A stretch of DNA of 64,000 bases. Origin: Scenedesmus sp. PABB004. Its lineage: Eukaryota. Location: contig CM026547.1 of assembly GCA_014905635.1 (NCBI GenBank), positions 1,240,001 to 1,304,000 on the forward strand, given 5' to 3'. The notes under the pieces were generated by a model, which worked only from the letters and a program-made list of their open reading frames with translations, was not told the origin of the DNA and searched no databases. A program made the position numbers and the translations under genes. Below, piece after piece: positions 34,920-45,764 of this stretch (its first letter is position 1; each line of letters begins with the position of its first letter).

Positions 34920-35356
34920 CGGGCGCGGGCACGCGCCGCTGAGACGCGGCGCGCGCGCCCGGCAACCGCAAGCGCCGTGGCTGGCTCGCCGGCTCTCCGC
35001 TCGACTCTGCTGCCACCCAGCGCGCCGGCCGCGTGAGGCCAGCACCGCCGAGGGCAGCAGCAGCAGGCCGGGCCAGAGCAGCAGGCAGAAGCGGTGAGCG
35101 GCTGCGCCCGGCGCAATCGCGCGCGGTGTGGCCAATGTGATCGCCCGGCGGTCGCGGCGGGCCGCGTGGCCGCGCCGCGGCGGTCGCGCGCATCAATCGG
35201 ACGCCTGCGGCCGCGCAGGCGCCCGCCGGCCGCGCGCCTGGCCCTGACGCTCCCCTCGTCACCGCGCGCAGGCATCGCGCTGCGCAGGAGCGTCGCAGAG
35301 CAGGCGCAGGAGCAGGAGCAGGAGCAGGAGCAGCAGCGGCGGCAGCAGCAGCAGCG

Positions 35357-35937
35357 ATGCAGGCCCTGCCCGCCCGCTCCGGCGCCGGCCTGCGGGCGGC
35401 GGCGCGCCCAGCGGCCTGCCGCCTGCAGCACGCCGGCCGCGCGCCGGCGGCGGCGCTGCCGGCGCGGCGCTGCGGCGGCGCCGGCGCGGCGCCGCCGCGG
35501 GCGCGCCTGCTGCGCGGCCGCGCGACGGAGCGCGAGACCGACGCGCAGCCGCGCGTGCCCGACGCGCCGCCGGCGCCCGCGGGCGGCGCGTCGTCGCCCG
35601 GCGGCGGCAGCAGCAGCGGCAACAGCATCCTCGACAGCGTCTCGCGCGCCAACACGCCGGGCACGAGCCGCGGCCCCAGCCCGACGTCGAGCACGGAGGA
35701 GGAGGGCGGCTTCAGCTGGGGCAGCTTCCTCGGCGGCCCGCTGCCGCTGAAGCTCGCGGCGCTGGTGGGCCTGATCGTGGTGAGCCGCGTCGGCGTGTAC
35801 GTGCGCATCCCGGGCGTCGACGTCGACGCCTTCAGCGCGGCGATGCAGTCCAACGGCCTCCTCGGCTACGTCGACGCCCTCTCCGGCGGCAGCATCAGCA
35901 AGGCGCGCGCGCCCGCGCGCCCCGCGCGCCCGTCCGC

Positions 35938-35986
<49 letters not shown>

Positions 35987-36070
35987 GCTGCGGCCGCCCC
36001 GCATCACTGCGATTCGCTGCCCGCCCCCCGCCCCGCATCACGTGGGCTCGCCCCGCCCTCCCCCTCTCCT

Positions 36071-36145
<75 letters not shown>

Positions 36146-38188
36146 AGGTCGGCCTGTTCAGCCTGGGCATCATCCCCTACATCAACGCCTCCATCGTGCT
36201 GCAGCTAATGAGCGCCGCGTTCCCCGGCCTCAAAAAGATGCAGCGCGAGGACGGCCCCCAGGGCCGCGCGCGCTTCCAGTACTACCAGAAGCTCGCCGCG
36301 TTCGTATTCGCCATCGCGCAGGCGCGCACCGCGCGCCCGCACCCGCCGCGGCGCTGCGGCCGCCGTGCTGCGGCCGCCGGCGCGTGCCGCGCGCGCGCGC
36401 CCGCCACCGCCGCCGCCCACGCCCCGCGCCGCGGCGCCTGTGTGTGGGCCACCACCACGATCCACAGGCGGTGGGCCAGCTGACCTACATCCGGCCCTAT
36501 GTGACCGACTTCAGCCCCGAGTGGCTCGCCGGCAGCAGCCTCGCGCTCGTGGCGGGGGCGATGGGACTCATCTACATCGCAGGTGGCCCACCCACACACA
36601 CGCATCGCAGCGCCGCCGCGCAGCGCCGCCGCGCCGGCAGCCGCGCCCGCGCCTCTCGCTTGACGCGCCGCCCGGGCGCCGCCGCCGCCGCAGACACGAT
36701 CAGCGAGCTGAAGCTCGGCAACGGCACGAGCGTGTTGATCTTTGCCAACATCGCGTCGAGCCTGCCGGGGAGCGTCGGCGCGCTGCTCGCCCAAAACGCG
36801 GAGAGCGACCCCGGCAACGTCGCGATCTACGCCGCCGCGTTCTTCCTCACCACACTCGGCATCATCTACGTCCAGGAGGCGGAGCGCCGCATCCCAGTCA
36901 ACTACAGCAGCAGGCGCGGCACGGCGCCGGCGCGGCGGCGCCGGCGCGGCCCGCGCGGCGGCCGCGCAGCGGCGCGGCGGGGCGGCGGCCGCGCAGCGGC
37001 GCGGCGGGGTGGCGGCACGGCGGCGGCGCGGCCGACGTGAGCTGCTGCTCGCGCGCGCTGTGCGCGCAGGTACCAGGCGGGCAACCTGGCGCGGCAGAGC
37101 TACCTTCCCTTCAAGGTCAACGCCACGGGTGCGCCGCCCCACCCTCTGCCTCGCTTTTTCCTCTCTTCTCTCCTCCTGCGCTTCCTCGCCTCTCTCCTGC
37201 CCCTGCCCCTCCCGCCCACACCCACACACACTCGCCCCGTGCGCCCCCGTGCGCCCCCCCCCCACACACACACACGCACACCCCCCACACACACCCACAG
37301 GCGTGATGCCGCTCATCTTTGCCTCCTCCCTGCTCGGCCTGCCGCTCGCGGTCGCGCGGCTCGCCGACAGCGCGGCGCTCGAGCGCGCGGCCGCGTCGCT
37401 CGGCCCCGGCGGCGCGCTGTACCTGCCGGTCAACGTCGCGCTCATCGCGTTCTTCAACTACTACTACACCTTCCTGCAGGTGTGTGCCTTGATCAGTAGT
37501 CAGCTTGTGGTTTTAGTTGTTTAGTTATTGTTTGGCTTATTGTTTGGTCACTCAAACGGTCAGCTGCTCGATCGCCAGCCAGCGGCAGCGCCGCGCGACG
37601 CGGCGCCCCCTCCCCCCACCGCGCCGCGGCCTCACCCCGCGGCGCCGCCGCCCCACACCGCGCGCGCGCGCGCAGCTGGAGCCCAAGGACCTGAGCGAGC
37701 AGCTCAAGCGCACGGGCGCGGCGATCCCGGGCATCCGCCCGGGCAAGCAGACGGCCGAGTACGTGGCGGCCACGCTCACGCGCATGAGCCTGCTCGGGTC
37801 GGTCTTCCTCGGCGCGCTCTCGCTCGCGCCCGCCGCGGTCGAGGGCCTCACGCACCTCAGCGCGTTCCGGGGCTTTGCCGGCACGAGCGTGCTCATCATG
37901 GTCGGCGTCGCGACAGACACCGCGCGCCGCCTGCGCGCGGAGCAGGCGATGGCAAAGTACCAGGCGCGCGCCGCGGCGGCAGATCACGCGGCGGCGGCGC
38001 GCGGGGGTGCAGGCGGCGGCGGCGGCAGGCTGGCGGCGCGCCGCGGCGGGGGCGGCAGGCGGGCGGCCGCGCCCGCGCGGCGCGGGCCTGACGCGTGCCT
38101 GCGCCCGCCGCGCGCCGCGCCCGCCGCGCGCCGCGCCCGCCGCGCGCAGGACGTGGACAAGCTTTACCAGGAGACGGACAAGCTGTGA
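35357..38188 (+). CDS. secY: Plastid preprotein translocase SecY (SCY1-like)
   Basis: SRVGVYVRIPGVD, VGLFSLGIIPYINASIVLQL, LGNGTSVLIFANI, QEAERRIPVNY, YLPFKVNATGVMPLIFA, IPGIRPGKQTAEY, GTSVLIMVGVA. Seven introns, 4 of them GC-AG. Confidence 0.96.
36072..36144. repeat. Long (CA)n microsatellite abutting the 3' splice site of SecY intron 1; a (GCC)n tract at ~35940-35985 lies in the same intron
   Basis: Direct reading; acceptor AG at 36146-36147. Confidence 0.95.
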
Positions 38189-39617
38189 GCGAGCCGCGCG
38201 GAGGCGGCGGCGCGTGCTGCCGCGGCAGGATGACGACGGCGTGAGACTCACGTTCCAGGTTACCACACAGCGCCCCCCGCGGAGAGGCGGGCCGCGCGCG
38301 CTCAGGCACGCGCAGCTTGCGCCGGCAAGCAGTCTCGCAGGCAGGCGGCGCGCCGGACCGTGCCGCCGTTCGTTCGCCGCCAGCGAGGCGAGGCTCCGCG
38401 TGAGGGCAAAGCAAACGCGCAGCAAACGCACACCAACAGCAGGTGCGGGCGCGCTCGGGAGCGATGCGCCCCCGTGCTACGCTCAAAAAAACACCACGCG
38501 CGGGGCCGGCGCTCGCGCGCAGCGGCCGCCGTCGTGCCTGGCGTGCGCCTGTTTCAGGGAGAACAGCAGTTCGCAGCGGTCTGGCGGGCGCGGCAGCGGG
38601 CCGCCGCCATCGGGGCCGCGCCGCGCGCCGCCGCCGGCTCTCTCGGGCAGTGCGCAGTTTCGGGCTATCAAAGTGGGTGGGTGGTGGTGGTGGTGGGTGG
38701 CGGGCCGGCGCCGTGTTTGTGAGGCGGTGCAGTCTGGCCGAACGGGCCGATGGCGTCGCCGTCGGCCGGCCAACCATTCGGTCTGTGCGCACCGCACACA
38801 CAACACAGCACGCAAGGGGCCTAAGGGCCGGCTTTTCTTGGGCTTTCTTGGGCAGCAAACCTAATCAGTGCATCAATCTCGCCGGCCGGTGAAGTCACCG
38901 GCGCGGCCGCTCATCGTCATCATCAACACAACGCCTCAGCCGCGCCCGGTAAGCAACGTGGGCGCGCCGCCGTGCGTCCCCCCCCCCCTGCCCCCGCCCC
39001 TTGAGCGTCCCCGCCAGCGCTGCTCCCTGTTTCAACCAAAACTGCACCTGCGGCTCGCTCCTTCCGTGGCAGCGGCAGCTGCACGCACCGCGCAGGGCCT
39101 CGGCCCGCGCACGGCCGCGCCGCGCACGAAGAGCGGCAGGTGCGGACGGCCCAAACCGTCGCGCGCGCAAAAAGCTGTGAAGCAGGCGAGCTCGTTGGCC
39201 GCCGCCGTGCAGCGCGGCGCTGCGCAGCGCGGCGCCGGCACAACACGGACGGCGGATGCTGCTAGCAGTGCACGGGCCTCCTCCCAGCCGGTGGTGACGC
39301 ATCCAAAAGTGTCCAAATTGTTGGTACAGGCACGATCATGCGGGCACGATCATGCAGCCTGGGCAGTCGACGACCCAAAAACCCAAACCCAAACCCAGCC
39401 GTTGACGCAGGGCGCACCATCATCGTTCCGCTCAGGCGCCTTCAGCGGCCTCGCCAGGCTGTCGGTCGCCTCGGAGGCAAGAGTGCGGGCGCCCACAGGC
39501 ACGGGCGCCCCCTGACTGATCTCAATCCCAGAGCCGTTGTGTTGTCAGGCCCCTCGCCACGGTGCCGTTGCGCGCGGGCAGCACAGCAGCCCGGCCGTCG
39601 CCGCCCCGTGGTGGTGC

Positions 39618-40971
39618 TCAGCCGTACGTGGCGTAGTCACAGGCAAAGGTGTTGGTCGGCGTCGCGCGCCTGCAGCGGCGGCGGCGGCGGCGGCGGCGCC
39701 GGTCATTGCGGCGCGGCGTCGGTCGGCGCCCAGGCGCGCGCGGGCGCTGCGCCCGCGGCCGCGGCCCCGCGCGGCGGTGCGGCGCGGTGCGCACCGCGAG
39801 ATGTCGAGCGCGGGCAGCACGGCGCCGCCGCGCGGCGCGGCGGGTGTGCGCGAGCCGAGCATGACGTGGCTCTCGACAACGTGGCCGCCGAAGAGGTGCT
39901 CCTCGATGATGCGCTCGATGACGAGCGGGCTGAGGCGCTCGTACACGACGCCCTCGGGCAGCACCACGGCGACGGGGCCGCGGCAGCGCTGCGCCGCGGC
40001 GAGCGGCGGCAGCAGCTTGGCCGCGTTTACGCAGTCGACGCGCGTGCCCAGGATGGGCTGCTCGTTGTCGGCCGCGGCGCGCAGCTGGTTGATCTCCTGC
40101 GGCGGCGGGGCGGGGCGGCAGGTCGGCGGGCCGCGCCGGCGGCGCGGGCGGCGGGCCGCGGCGCCCGGGGCGCGGTCGCGCGCGCGCGCCGCGCACCTGC
40201 AGGCGCTGCTGCAGGTACTCCCACGTCCGCTGGCCGGTCGCGCACGCGGCGCTGGTGGCCTTGCACGCCGAGCCGCCCGTGCAGAGCATGATGTGCTTGG
40301 TCTGGTGGCTGCCGGCGTAGGGGCTCGCAAACACGGTGTCGGCCGCGGCGCCCGGCTCGCACGCCGCGGGGCGCCGCGCGGGCGCCGCGGCGGTCTGGAC
40401 GCGCCGCCGGCGCAGCGCGGCGGCCTGCACCTCGCTGAGGGGCGGGTACACGTTGCCCGCGCCCGAGGCCTGGCGGTCTGCACGGCGGGCGCGGCAGGGG
40501 GACGGGGTGGGCGGCGGCGGGGATGCCGCCGGGCTGACCGCGGCGGCGATGCCGCCGGCTGACCGCGCGCGACGCCCGACTGGGCCGCCCCCTCACTCCA
40601 CACGCGCCTTACCTCCGCGCAGCGCCCCGTAGCTGCAGGAACGGACTTGATGCGTCAGGAGCGCGCCGAGCGAGCCTGCGGGGGGGGGGCGTGAGGGCGG
40701 CCCTCAGGGATGGCGACGTGCCGGCGCTGGGCGGGCAGCTCTAATCCCCGCGCGCAGCTGGTCCGTGGCGCGCGCTCCAGTTACGCAGCAGCGCCACCAG
40801 CTCACCGGTCAGCCGCGACGCGGCCACCAGCGCGCCGGGCGCGAGTGCGAGCTGGGCCTGCGTGCGATGCCGGCGCGTGCGGCCACCTCAGCGCGCGATG
40901 CAGGGCGCGCGGGCCCACCGCAGTCCTCGGTCACGCACCTGGAAGGCCAGGGCAGCCAGGGGCAGGGCCAT
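39618..40971 (-). CDS. Thioredoxin-like [2Fe-2S] ferredoxin family protein with organelle-targeting-like leader
   Basis: Spliced: MALPLAALAFQ|AQLALAPG...|GSLGALL...|...KHIMLCTGGSACKATSAAC...WEYLQQRLQ|...GTRVDC...CRGPVAVVLPEGVVYERLSPLVIERIIEEHLFGGHVVE. The GP-vVV-PEGv-Y...IIEEHL--G signature is characteristic. Confidence 0.78.
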
Positions 40972-41318
40972 CGCGGATCGGCGACGCCGGTGCGCACGGG
41001 AGGTGGGAGTTTGGCGGTGTATCGGCGCCGAAAGAGCCTCGCCCGGGCGCGCGGGATGGCGGCCTGATTGCGGGAAGCGCGGGTCTGAGCGGGGCGAGCG
41101 TGGGGCGGGGCGGAGTGCTGCGGGCGAGTCGAGGTACAAGGCCTGAGGCGAGGCGTGGGCGTGTCTTTTGCTCGAGCTGTGGTCGGTTGATGGTGAAATC
41201 GCGCATTCAGCGGTCCCCGAGCGCGCACGTCGCGCCCCGCGACCAAAGGCGTCCTCACTCGTCCCGGGGCGTCATCATCCACCGCGCATCGCCCACGCGC
41301 AGCAGCCCGGCCGCGTTG

Positions 41319-43348
41319 ATGCCGCCCGGCCGCCCCCGGCTGCTCACCGGGCGCCGCGCGCTCGGCCTGGGCGCGCTGGGCCTCGCGGCGGCGGGCGCCG
41401 CTGCCGCGCGCTCGCAGCCGCCGCGCGCGCCGCAGCCGGCCGCGCCGCCGCGCCCTGGGGCCGTGGCCATGGTCGCCGCAGCGGGCGCGCCCGGCGGCGG
41501 CGCCGCGCGCGGCGCGGCGTCCGGCGGCGGCGGCGCGGCGCCGCCGCGGGCAGTCAACCTGCGAGACATAGCCGAGGTCGCGCCGGACCGGCTGCGCCGG
41601 GGCGTGCTCTTCAGGTGCAGCCAGATCTACACGCCCGACGTGCTCTCCGAGCTGCGCATCCGCACCGTCGTCGACCTGCGCGGCCGCGCGGAGCGCGGCC
41701 GCAGCGCTGGCGCGGGCGCGGGCGGCGCGCGCGCGCCGGCGCCGGCGCCGGGCAGCCCGGCGGCCGCGCCGGGGCCGCTGCTCACGCCGGAGCAGGTGGA
41801 CGCGCTGCACGCGTCGGCGGGCGAGAACCCGCCGGGCGCGGGCGGCGGGCCCGCGGCGGGGGCGCGCCGCCGCCGCCGCCGCCGCCGGGCGCCGACGCGC
41901 AGCACCCCGGCGCGGAGCTGCTTGCGACGACGCTGGCGGCCAACGGCGCGGCCGCGGCGCCGCCCGCGCCCGGCGGCGCCCTGGGCTCGGCCGACGGCGG
42001 CGACGAGGCCGGCGCGGCCGCCGCGGCGCGGCGCCGCGCGTGGCCGGCCAAGGTCGCGGCGGGGCTGTTGGCCGACGACTACGGCGGCCCGCCGGAGCGC
42101 GAGGGCTTCAACCTCATCCCCGGCCGCCAGTTCGGCTACGCCATGCTGCGCATGCCCTGGTGCGCGCGGCGCCGCGCCGCGCGCCGCGCGCCGCCCGCCC
42201 ACGCACGCCGCCCCCTCTGCCCGCCAGGCGCGTGTGGCGCGCCGCGCTCGGCAACCTCGCGGGCGGGCGCGACCCGCGGCGGCCGTTTGTGGAGGCGTTT
42301 GCTGACGAGCAGCTGCTGGGGTTTACCAAGTATTACATCATCATACTGGAGCACGCCAAGAAGAACATCGCGGGTGCGCGGCGCGGGCGAGCGGCGCAGG
42401 CGGCGGGCGGGAGGGCGGGAGGCGGATCGCGAGAGGGAGGGAGTGGGAGGGAGAGGGAGAAGAGGGAGGGAGAGGGAGTGAGAGGGAGAGGGAGCGAGGG
42501 GCGGGGGCGCGTGCGTGCGGGGGCGCGCGCGTGCGGGGCGCGCGGGGGCAGGCAAGGGCTCTGACGCCGACGCCCGCGCGCCGCGCCACGCGCCGCGCAG
42601 CGGTGATGCGCGTGTTTGCGAAGCGCGGCGCGCTGCCGGCGCTGGTGCACTGCGCGCACGGCAAGGACCGCACCGGCGTGATCATCATGCTGCTGCTCCT
42701 CGCCTGCGACGTCCCGCACGAGGCGATCGTCGCCGACTACGTGCAGGCGCGGCGCTGCGAGGGCGGGCCACCGCGCGCGCGCGCGGTGGAGGGCGGGTCG
42801 CAGCCGCCGCGCGCCCGACGCGCCCCGCGCGCCGCGCGCTGCGACGTGAGCCGACCGGCGCGCGCGCTGCGACGTGAGCCCCCCCCTCTCGGCATACGAC
42901 GCGCAGAGCGAGGTGGAGCTGCGGCGGTACCGCGAGAGCCTGGGCCTGCCCGACCCGAGCGGCGGCAGCGGCGCGGTCATCCCGCTGACAGAGGTCATCA
43001 TCGCCAGCACGCAGGAGACGCTGCGCGCGCTGCTCGTGCGCGCGCGCCGCCGCCGCGCGAGCGCCGCACCGCGCCGCGCCGCGCCGCCCAGGCCAGCCTC
43101 GGCGAGGGGGTGACGCCCTGAGCCTCCCGCGCCGCCGCGCCGCCGCGCGCGGGGGGCAGGCGTACATGGACGCGCGGTACATCACCGTCGACAACTACCT
43201 GGCCAGCTGCGGCCTCACGGCGGACGAAGTCCAGGCCATCCGCAACAACCTGCTGCTGCCCGGCGCGGCGCCCGCGGCGGCGGGCGGCGCCGCGGGCGGC
43301 GCCGCGGACCCCACGGCGGCCGCGGCGGCGGAGAGCGGCCGAGCGTGA
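41319..43348 (+). CDS. Cys-based protein tyrosine/lipid phosphatase, PtpB/IphP (Y_phosphatase3) type; apparent frameshift at ~41860
   Basis: VNLRDIA, LRRGVLFRCS, IRTVVDLRG, P-loop LVHCAHGKDRTG, IVADY, DNYLASCGLTADEVQAIRNNLL. GC-AG intron 42747-42906. Confidence 0.88.
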
Positions 43349-43557
43349 GGCGAGCGAGCGCGGGGGATGGGTTCAAGCAGCGCGCGGCATCTTGCTTGTC
43401 CTGCTAGGTGGGCAGGTCAGTTATGGCGTTGAGAGTTCGGGGGCGGGTTGCAGGCAACGTCGCTGGCAGCTCGGCGGGCGCTTGTCGGGGCGCAGCGGTT
43501 CTCGTTGCGGCGCGCGCCGGCCGCGTCCATGCCCAGCAGTTGGCGCAGGGCTCGCCC

Positions 43558-44946
43558 ATGCACAGGCTCACCCCCAGCGCCGCCAGTACCGACTACCGCC
43601 AGCCGCCAGCCGCCGCCGCTGCTCGCGCTGCCGCTGCTGCCGCTCGCCGCGCAGGCCCCGCTGCAGCCGCTCCTGCGCAGCGCCGGACCGGGGAGAGCAT
43701 GCCGCGCGAGACGGCGGACGCCCGCGTGCGGGCGGGGCGCGTGCAGGCCACGACGCTCAGCATCGACCGCCCCGAGACGACCGTGCGCGGCCCGAACGGC
43801 GACGTCTTCACGCTGTGAGTGGTCGCGTGGGGCCGCGCGGCCTGGAAATGGCCGCGGGGCGCCGTGCAGCAGGCGCCCGCGCGCGCCGCCGCTGCTGCCG
43901 GCGGCGCTGGCTGCCGCGGCCGCCGCCGGCCGCCCGGGCGCTGGCGGCGCGGCGCCGCCCCCAGCTCCGCGGTGCCTTTGAGCACGCAGTTGCGGCGCGC
44001 GCAGCCCGTGCCTCACGCGCCGCCCGCATGCCGCCGCGTCCGCCGCCAGGCCGCGGCGGGCCGCTGACGGCGGCGTGCTGGTGTATCAGAAGGTCAACGG
44101 CCGCCTGCTGGACCCGCGCACGGGGCAGCGCTCGGGCCGGGGGCGGCGCGCGTTTGCGGAGGGGCGGCCGCGCACGCTGAGCTTCAGCGCGGTCGCGCTG
44201 ACCGCGTTCATCGGCTTCCGCGTCGCCCAGCTGCTGCGCCGCTGCTGGCGCCGGCCCAGCGCCGCGGCGGCGCAGGAGGCGGCGCTGCAGCAGCTCGAGG
44301 CGGACGAGCAGGCGCCGGCGCTGCCGCCCGTGGTGCGCAGCGGGGGCGGCGGGGGCGCCGCCGCGGGGGCGCCGGCGCCGGCGCCGGCGCGGCCGCCGCC
44401 CGCCGATGCACGCCCCGCCGATGCACGCCCCGCCGCCGCCCCGTCCCGCCGCCGCCGCCCCCGCCTGGCAGCGGACGATGCCGGCGATGCTGCAGCGCGC
44501 GCTGCCGCAGCTCGGCCCGCCCAGCCGCGTGAAGCGCATCGCCGCGGCGCACCGCAACCGCGAGCGCCGCGTGCCGAGCGCGGCGCAGAAGATGCAGACG
44601 CGCGGCGCGGCGCCGCGGCGCGCGACGACGCTCGAAAAGTGGGACGCCGCCGTGCGGCGCCAGGTGCGGGGCGCCGCCGCCGCCGCGCCGGCGGGCCCCC
44701 GCGGCGTGCAAGGCCCGCCCCCGCGTCGGCCGACGCGGCCGCCTGCTGCCGCCCGCGCCCGCGCAGGCGCACGCGCTCGTGGTGCAGCAGCAGCAGCCCG
44801 GCGACGCGCAGGACTGTGGCCGCGCCGCGCTGCTGCCGCTGCCGGGCACGCCGGGCGCCGCGCTGGCGCCGCAGCCGATGCTCGAGGTCGCCGAGACGGC
44901 GCCGGCGGCGGCGGGCGCGTCGGAGGAGCAGCACGAGCAGCAGTAG
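43558..44946 (+). CDS. Hypothetical protein with one predicted hydrophobic helix; start uncertain
   Basis: Exon-like segments (TTLSIDRPETTVRGPNGDVFTL; VYQKVNGRLLDPRTG...FSAVALTAFIGFRVAQLL; TTLEKWDAAVRRQ; ...EEQHEQQ TAG) bounded by GT/AG sites. No family recognised. Confidence 0.5.
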
Positions 44947-45764
44947 GGGGGGGGGGCGGTCGCGTGCTCGCCCCATCCTCATGCCCACGGCGCCCGGGGG
45001 GCCGTGCTCGTGTGACAGCTTCGCGCCCGCCACTGCCGCTCGAGGACCGCGCTCGCGCGCGCGGCGCGGCGCGGCGAGCAGGTGTTCCCGCACGCCAGCA
45101 GGGCCCCGTGCGGACGATGCACGCCGCCGCGGCGCAGGGGCCACCGGCGGCGGTCCGCGGCGGCGGTCCCGGCCGACGCGTCACCGTCAGCGGGCTGCGC
45201 CGCCGCGCCGCTCCAACCCGCCGCCCTGCTCGCATGCCCGTCAACATCTCCGCACCCTTTTCTGCGCAGTCGGCACGCCGCAAGCAGTCCTGGGCCACAC
45301 CAGCGAACAGTAGCGAGCGCAAAACAGCTCGGCGAGGGCCAGCAGCGCGGGGGCTCACACGTCCATTCCAGGACGCCAGGTGGGCGCTGGGGATGCAGAT
45401 GAAGCAGGGGGCTGCGGCGCGGGGCGCGCTGGCGCGCGAGCGCGGAGGACCGGCCAGCCCCGGACTGCCAGCTCCGCCCGACGCGGACGGCGCGGCGTCG
45501 GCCCCGCCGGGACGCAGCGCGCCGGGAGCGAGTCCAGTGACGCGTGATATGCGCTCCCGACCGTGCCGGGCGCGCTGGCGCGGCGCGAGTCCGTTACGCC
45601 GCAGCGCGGGCGAGGATGGCCAGTCAAAGCGGGCCCCCGGGCTGGCGCGCGGCCCGCAGCGGCTGCGGGCGCGCCAGGAGCTGACCCCAATCGCGGCCTT
45701 ACCCGTCGTCGCAGGCCGGCGCACGCCGCGCGGCGTCGTGGGCGGTGGGCGGGCGGGCAGCAGG

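Noticed and set aside
31896..38188. RlmH and SecY as bacterial contamination or recent horizontal transfer
   Set aside because: Both have introns and transit-peptide-like leaders; nuclear-encoded organellar homologues are expected in green lineages.
39374..39396. CCCAAA repeats (also TTGGG runs near 1632 and 1873) as interstitial telomere
   Set aside because: Only about 3 imperfect units, and they lack the TAGGG core of green-algal telomeres.
23585..41880. Programmed ribosomal frameshifting at the three frame breaks
   Set aside because: There are no slippery heptamers; homopolymer assembly error is more parsimonious.
44406..45764. N-terminal 450 aa of the 1606-aa ORF as part of the MADS protein
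   Set aside because: It is an in-frame run through the upstream gene's exon and intergenic DNA; the credible start is ATG 45765.
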